Origin: the human T2T-CHM13v2.0 reference genome, Homo sapiens | Length of the DNA stretch: 64,000 bases | Strand: one strand, 5' to 3' | Assembly: GCF_009914755.1 (NCBI RefSeq) | Contig: NC_060937.1 | Shown: in pieces, positions 59,516 through 64,000 of the stretch | Numbering within the stretch: the first letter of the stretch is position 1 | Layout of the letters: every line of letters begins with the position of its first letter | Translations under genes and position numbers: made by a program | The notes under the pieces: generated by a model | What the model saw: only the letters and a program-made list of their open reading frames with translations | Told to the model about the DNA's origin: nothing | The model's database searches: none

Positions 59516-61854
59516 AACAAAGCACAGTAGTCAGAGGCTGGCCACTCAGAAAGACTACGACAGAGAAAGACAGCTGGCTAATCCCCTGTGACTATTCAGG
59601 TTTCCAGCGAAAACATTAAAGTGAGAAAGGTCTTATATTTTGAAAATGCAATGGATCTCTAAAAATGTAGCAGATTAGGCCTATTTTAAAAAACACATTA
59701 GTATATTTTTACCTCAGGAGGTAGTTTCAGGGATGGGGAGGTTGTTTATTATTATGCTTTATTACTTACATATATATATATCACGTATTTTCTTTTATAT
59801 ATGATAAGTATCACATAATAATACTTTTTCAAGAGCTTGAAAACCCTGCTGTTATGTTTTGTTTATAATTAAATTATTCAGTAAATGTTAGCAGCACTTC
59901 CCTCATGAATTCCTATGTTGATAATTTCCAAAAAAATTAAATGTTTGGTTAAATTAACTGTCTTTTCTGTAAATTTCCTATAACTCCAGAGAAGTAGTTC
60001 TTCATTGTTTATATTAATTATACTTTAATTTTCAAGAGTCTGAACATTTCCATTTATATTATCAAAGCTCTTTGTACACACATACACACACACACACAGA
60101 TTCATTTTAAATACTCACATATAAGTTGGTAGGCAACCTTGATCTCTCTGAAGCTTAAGAAAGTAAAACAAGGTCTCCAAGATATTAAAATAAACGCCAC
60201 AGTATTCAGGCATTAAATATGCATTGTATTTCTAAACGAATTCCCACATTCTTACTTAGAGAATTTTTACTTTGATTTTCCCACACTTCAGCCTGGAGTA
60301 GTTTTCAGGTTGCCCAGTCGAAAATTGATCAGAATAAGTACCTATAAAATGGCAGCTTCTTTGACATTAGCAAGTAGAGGCAAATAGTGAGGGACAAGAC
60401 TTCAAAACTATAAAAAGATTTCTGCCATAATTTTCATACAGGCCAAAAATGCTATTAATATGAGTGTTTAAAAATCCTAAACTTACAACCAGATGTCAAA
60501 GTATAATAACTGGGGTCTATTCTGAAGTTCTGAGTTATTAAGAAAAAAAATTCTATATATTATATTTTGTATAAAAATGAGATAATACACAACATGTTAG
60601 ATTTTTAGCCAAATGATTTTCATCAGAATTTATTACATTACAAGCAAGAAAATGTTGGCACTTACAATTTAGCTGTTCGAAATAATCTATTATTAGCACT
60701 AATTTTATCCCCAATCTCCTTGGATGACAGACTTTCTTACATATTCATTCATTGTCTTTTCTGAAAACGGATGGCCAAGATTCTAAAACACTCAATTCAC
60801 ACAGTCAGCACACAGAGGCATCAAAGACTGATGCTGCTTTTATTTCCTGAGATATTAATAATTTTTTCTTAACACAAGAAGCTGTGAAAATTAAAACTCT
60901 TCCTCTAGAGTTTAAAGTGCTAGACAGAGACATATTGGCAACAATAGTCAATGAAGAAATGATAAAACATAAGTAAAACCAAAATGATAAAAGATGAAAA
61001 AATACATTAAAAAAATTAAAATGCTTCAATACAACAATATCTATTATATTTTAATAACTAGTACAGCTTCCTAGGCATTTGAACTTTAATCACACAATCA
61101 GTGCTATGTGAATAATATTTTTGGAAATATTTGTTGGACCAGATGAATGTCAAACTGTATAAGAGATAAAAATGAAATGCAATCAATCAATATTATTTAA
61201 ATTGTTTTATCAAGTTTTATGTCAAATATTCCTTTCATTAAAATAGTTAAAATCAAACAAAATGATTTTATTTTGTATATGTTTGCCTAAATATTATCGA
61301 AGTAGTACGTCCCTTTCCCCACCTCCAAAGGAGCTAGCTACTATTTCTTTTTTCTTTCCCCATATAGCATTTACCTTCATTGTATGCATAGAAGGCAGTC
61401 AACAAAAATTATATGTGAAGCTTTGTTATTTTTTCCTCACCAATGGTCAAGTTATTCCTCAACATAAAATCTCTTAGAAGAACTGCCATCAAGGTATTAT
61501 ACAAATGGGTTGTTTGACTTGAAGAAAAAACAATGTAGCATTAATTCCACAAACATGTATTGAGCTCATACCTAATGTACCAGTGCCATTGTAGTTGCTA
61601 AAGATAGCAAAATAAATAAAGATTTCAGTTCTTGGATTCAAGGAGCTCAGAGTCTCATGAAGGGGAGAGACCTAAAACAATTAATTATAACATAATGTGG
61701 TAAATGTACATGCTCTATATATAGAAGAGAGAGAACCAGTCTAACCTGATAAATGAGGGGAAATTTATTAAGACCCAGTTTTAACATCATGAAGAAAGAG
61801 TAGGATCTAGTCAGAGGTAATTGTTTTATTTCAAACCAATGAAACAATGAGATA

Positions 61855-62505
61855 ATAAGTTGGGAAAAGTTGACAGCATTCCTGTTAAGAACTAAAACAA
61901 GACAAGGGTGCCACTTTTACCCCTCCTATTCAACACAGTACTGGAAGTACTAGTAAGAGCAATTAGGCAAAAGAAAAAAATAAAAAGTATCCAAACTGGA
62001 AAAGAAGAAGTAAAATTAACCCTGTTCAACGACGACATGTCTTACAGCTAGAAAACCATAAAGGCTTCACAAAAAACTCTTAGATTTGAATAAATGAATT
62101 CAACAAAGTTTCAGTATATACAAAGCCAATGTACAAAAATCAGTAGCGCTTCTACATGCTGATAACAATCTAGCTGAGAACAAAATCAAGAAGGCAATTT
62201 CATTTACAAAAGGTACAAGAAAAAATACCTAAGAATATATTTAACCATGGAGGTGAAAGATCTTTACAAGGAAAACTACCAAGCACTGATGAAAGAAATA
62301 GTAGATGACATAAACAAATGGAGAAACGTGCCATGCTCACAGATCAAAATTAATATAATTAAAAATGATCTTACTGCCTGAAGCAACTACGGATTCAACT
62401 ACCAATGTCATTTTTCACAAAATTAGAAAAAGCAATTGTAAAATTCATAGGAAATGAAAAACAAAACAAAACAAAACAAAATGCCCAAATAATCAAAGCA
62501 ATCCT
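61855..62505 (+). mobile_element. L1 ORF2 internal fragment
   Basis: acaagacaagggtgccacttttacccctcctattcaacacagtactggaagtactag...ggaggtgaaagatctttacaaggaaaactac. Confidence 0.85.
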
Positions 62506-62770
62506 GTAATCCCAACATTTTGGGATGCCAAGGTGGGTGGATTGCTTGAGCTCAGGAGTTTCAGGCCAGCCTGGGCAACATGGCAAAACCTTGTCTTTAC
62601 AAAAGATTCAAAAATTAGCCCCGTGTGGTTGCATGTACCTGTGGTTCCAGCTACCTGGGAGGCTGAGGTGGGAAGATCACTTGAGCCCAGGAGACAGAGG
62701 TTGTAATGAACCAAGACAGCACCAATGCGCTCCAGCTTGCATGACAGAGTGAGACCCAGTCCCAAAAAAC
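62503..62770 (+). mobile_element. 5'-truncated AluJ SINE
   Basis: cctgtaatcccaacattttgggatgccaaggtgggtggattgcttgagctcaggagttt... Confidence 0.88.
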
Positions 62771-63214
62771 AGCGAGCCTAAGAATAAAGTCACTTCTGTT
62801 GCATTCTATGGGTCATGCAGGTAGCCAAGGCAGGCTCTGATTCAAGAGAAGGGAAATTAGCCAGCACCTCTCAATTTGCATTTATCTCTAATCTATCCCA
62901 TCAAGCTTTTGGAGATGATGGATATAAAATAATCAAGGATGACTCAGATTTCTAACATGAATAACCGGGAGTGCCTCCTACTTTAACAGAGATGATAGAA
63001 GGACCAGACTTAAAGAGAAAGACAATGAGTTCTTCTTTGAAGAATAGGAGTTTCAAAAAATAATAAAGATAATATTGATCTACGTATTTAATCATGATTA
63101 AATATCACAGCATTTTATAACAACTAGGTTCCTTGGTATTGACGATCCTAGGTCTTTATGACCTAGTCTTTGTGTTTTTTCCTAATTTCAGCTTCTGCCC
63201 ACCCGGATTTATGA

Positions 63215-63725
63215 TCATTTATTTTGCACTTACTATATTCTAAGCACTGTTTCAGGGATTGAAACTGCACTAATAATCAAATCAGATAAGGTGACACTTA
63301 GATACGGGTGGAGGACGATAGACAATAAATAAACACACAAATAAAATTATTTTGGATTTTTATAAAGGTTGCAAAGATAATAAAATTGTGATATAAAAGG
63401 GAATAATAGGTAGGAGAAAAGGATACCAATGAGATCAAGTGTTCTGGAAGTCTTCACTGAGAAGGTGATAATATGAGCTGAGACCCAACAGAGGAGCCAT
63501 TCACACTTGCCCAGCAGAGATAAAATGAGGGTAGAGGCCACGGGTTTGGAATGAGGACAGAAAGGTCACTGAATGTGCCTCCATGTTCCATGCTCTTCTT
63601 TGCCTCCATGAATCTGCACAGAGTATTTCTTCCCCATATACCTTTTCTAACTTCTTTGTCTGAATAAATCCTATTTTTCCACTGAAACTCAATTAAGGTG
63701 TTTTATTTTTAGGAAAGTCTCCCAT
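63215..63725. mobile_element. L2 fragments, minus strand then plus strand
   Basis: ggaagtcttcactgagaaggtgataatatgagctgagacc (minus) followed by pyrimidine-rich plus-strand L2 motifs. Confidence 0.5.
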
Positions 63726-64000
63726 AAAATCTCAAAGTTAGAAATATTTTCCTGGGCTTCAATAAGGTGGCTCTTGGAAATCTCATTTTATTATCTAAGC
63801 AAGAGCAAAATTCCAGGTTTTAGGAAACTTCTGAAAGAAATTTGAACTTGGCCTAGGGCTTGCTGTGTTCTCATTTTGCCATTCTTAGTCTTTGGCACCA
63901 AAAATTCACCTTTTATGGAATTGCGTTTAGAGACAGAGAGAAGATCTCTGTGGTGGGAGCTCCAATCCCCTCTGCTAGCCTCCTCATGTGCTCTCTGTCT

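Noticed and set aside
60138-60180. Weak resemblance to 5S rRNA (tgatctctctgaagcttaag); a similar faint match near 52490
   Set aside because: Matches are under 20 nt with mismatches and do not extend.

Overview
AT-rich, CpG-poor primate (very likely human) genomic DNA from inside the TRPC4 cation-channel gene, which runs on the minus strand. Two coding exons are present: 21790-21454 (337 nt) and 3822-3683 (140 nt). Both have GT-AG boundaries and join in frame, encoding the pre-S1 and S1-S3 region. The rest is intron filled with Alu, L1, L2, MIR, L3/CR1, MaLR LTRs, hAT MER elements and microsatellites. All other ORFs in the track look spurious. I found no evidence of a new gene system. The most interesting signals are small structural ones: a 36-bp exact direct repeat 894 bp apart, a 46-bp microinversion in an L1 3'UTR, an iterated fold-back insertion in an MLT1 LTR, a cluster of strand-asymmetric hairpins with a GNRA loop, a paired inverted E-box, and a gene-sense THE1 LTR upstream of an exon with a strong in-frame Kozak ATG. 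Repeat subfamily calls and the boundaries of old repeats come from recalled consensus sequences and are approximate.
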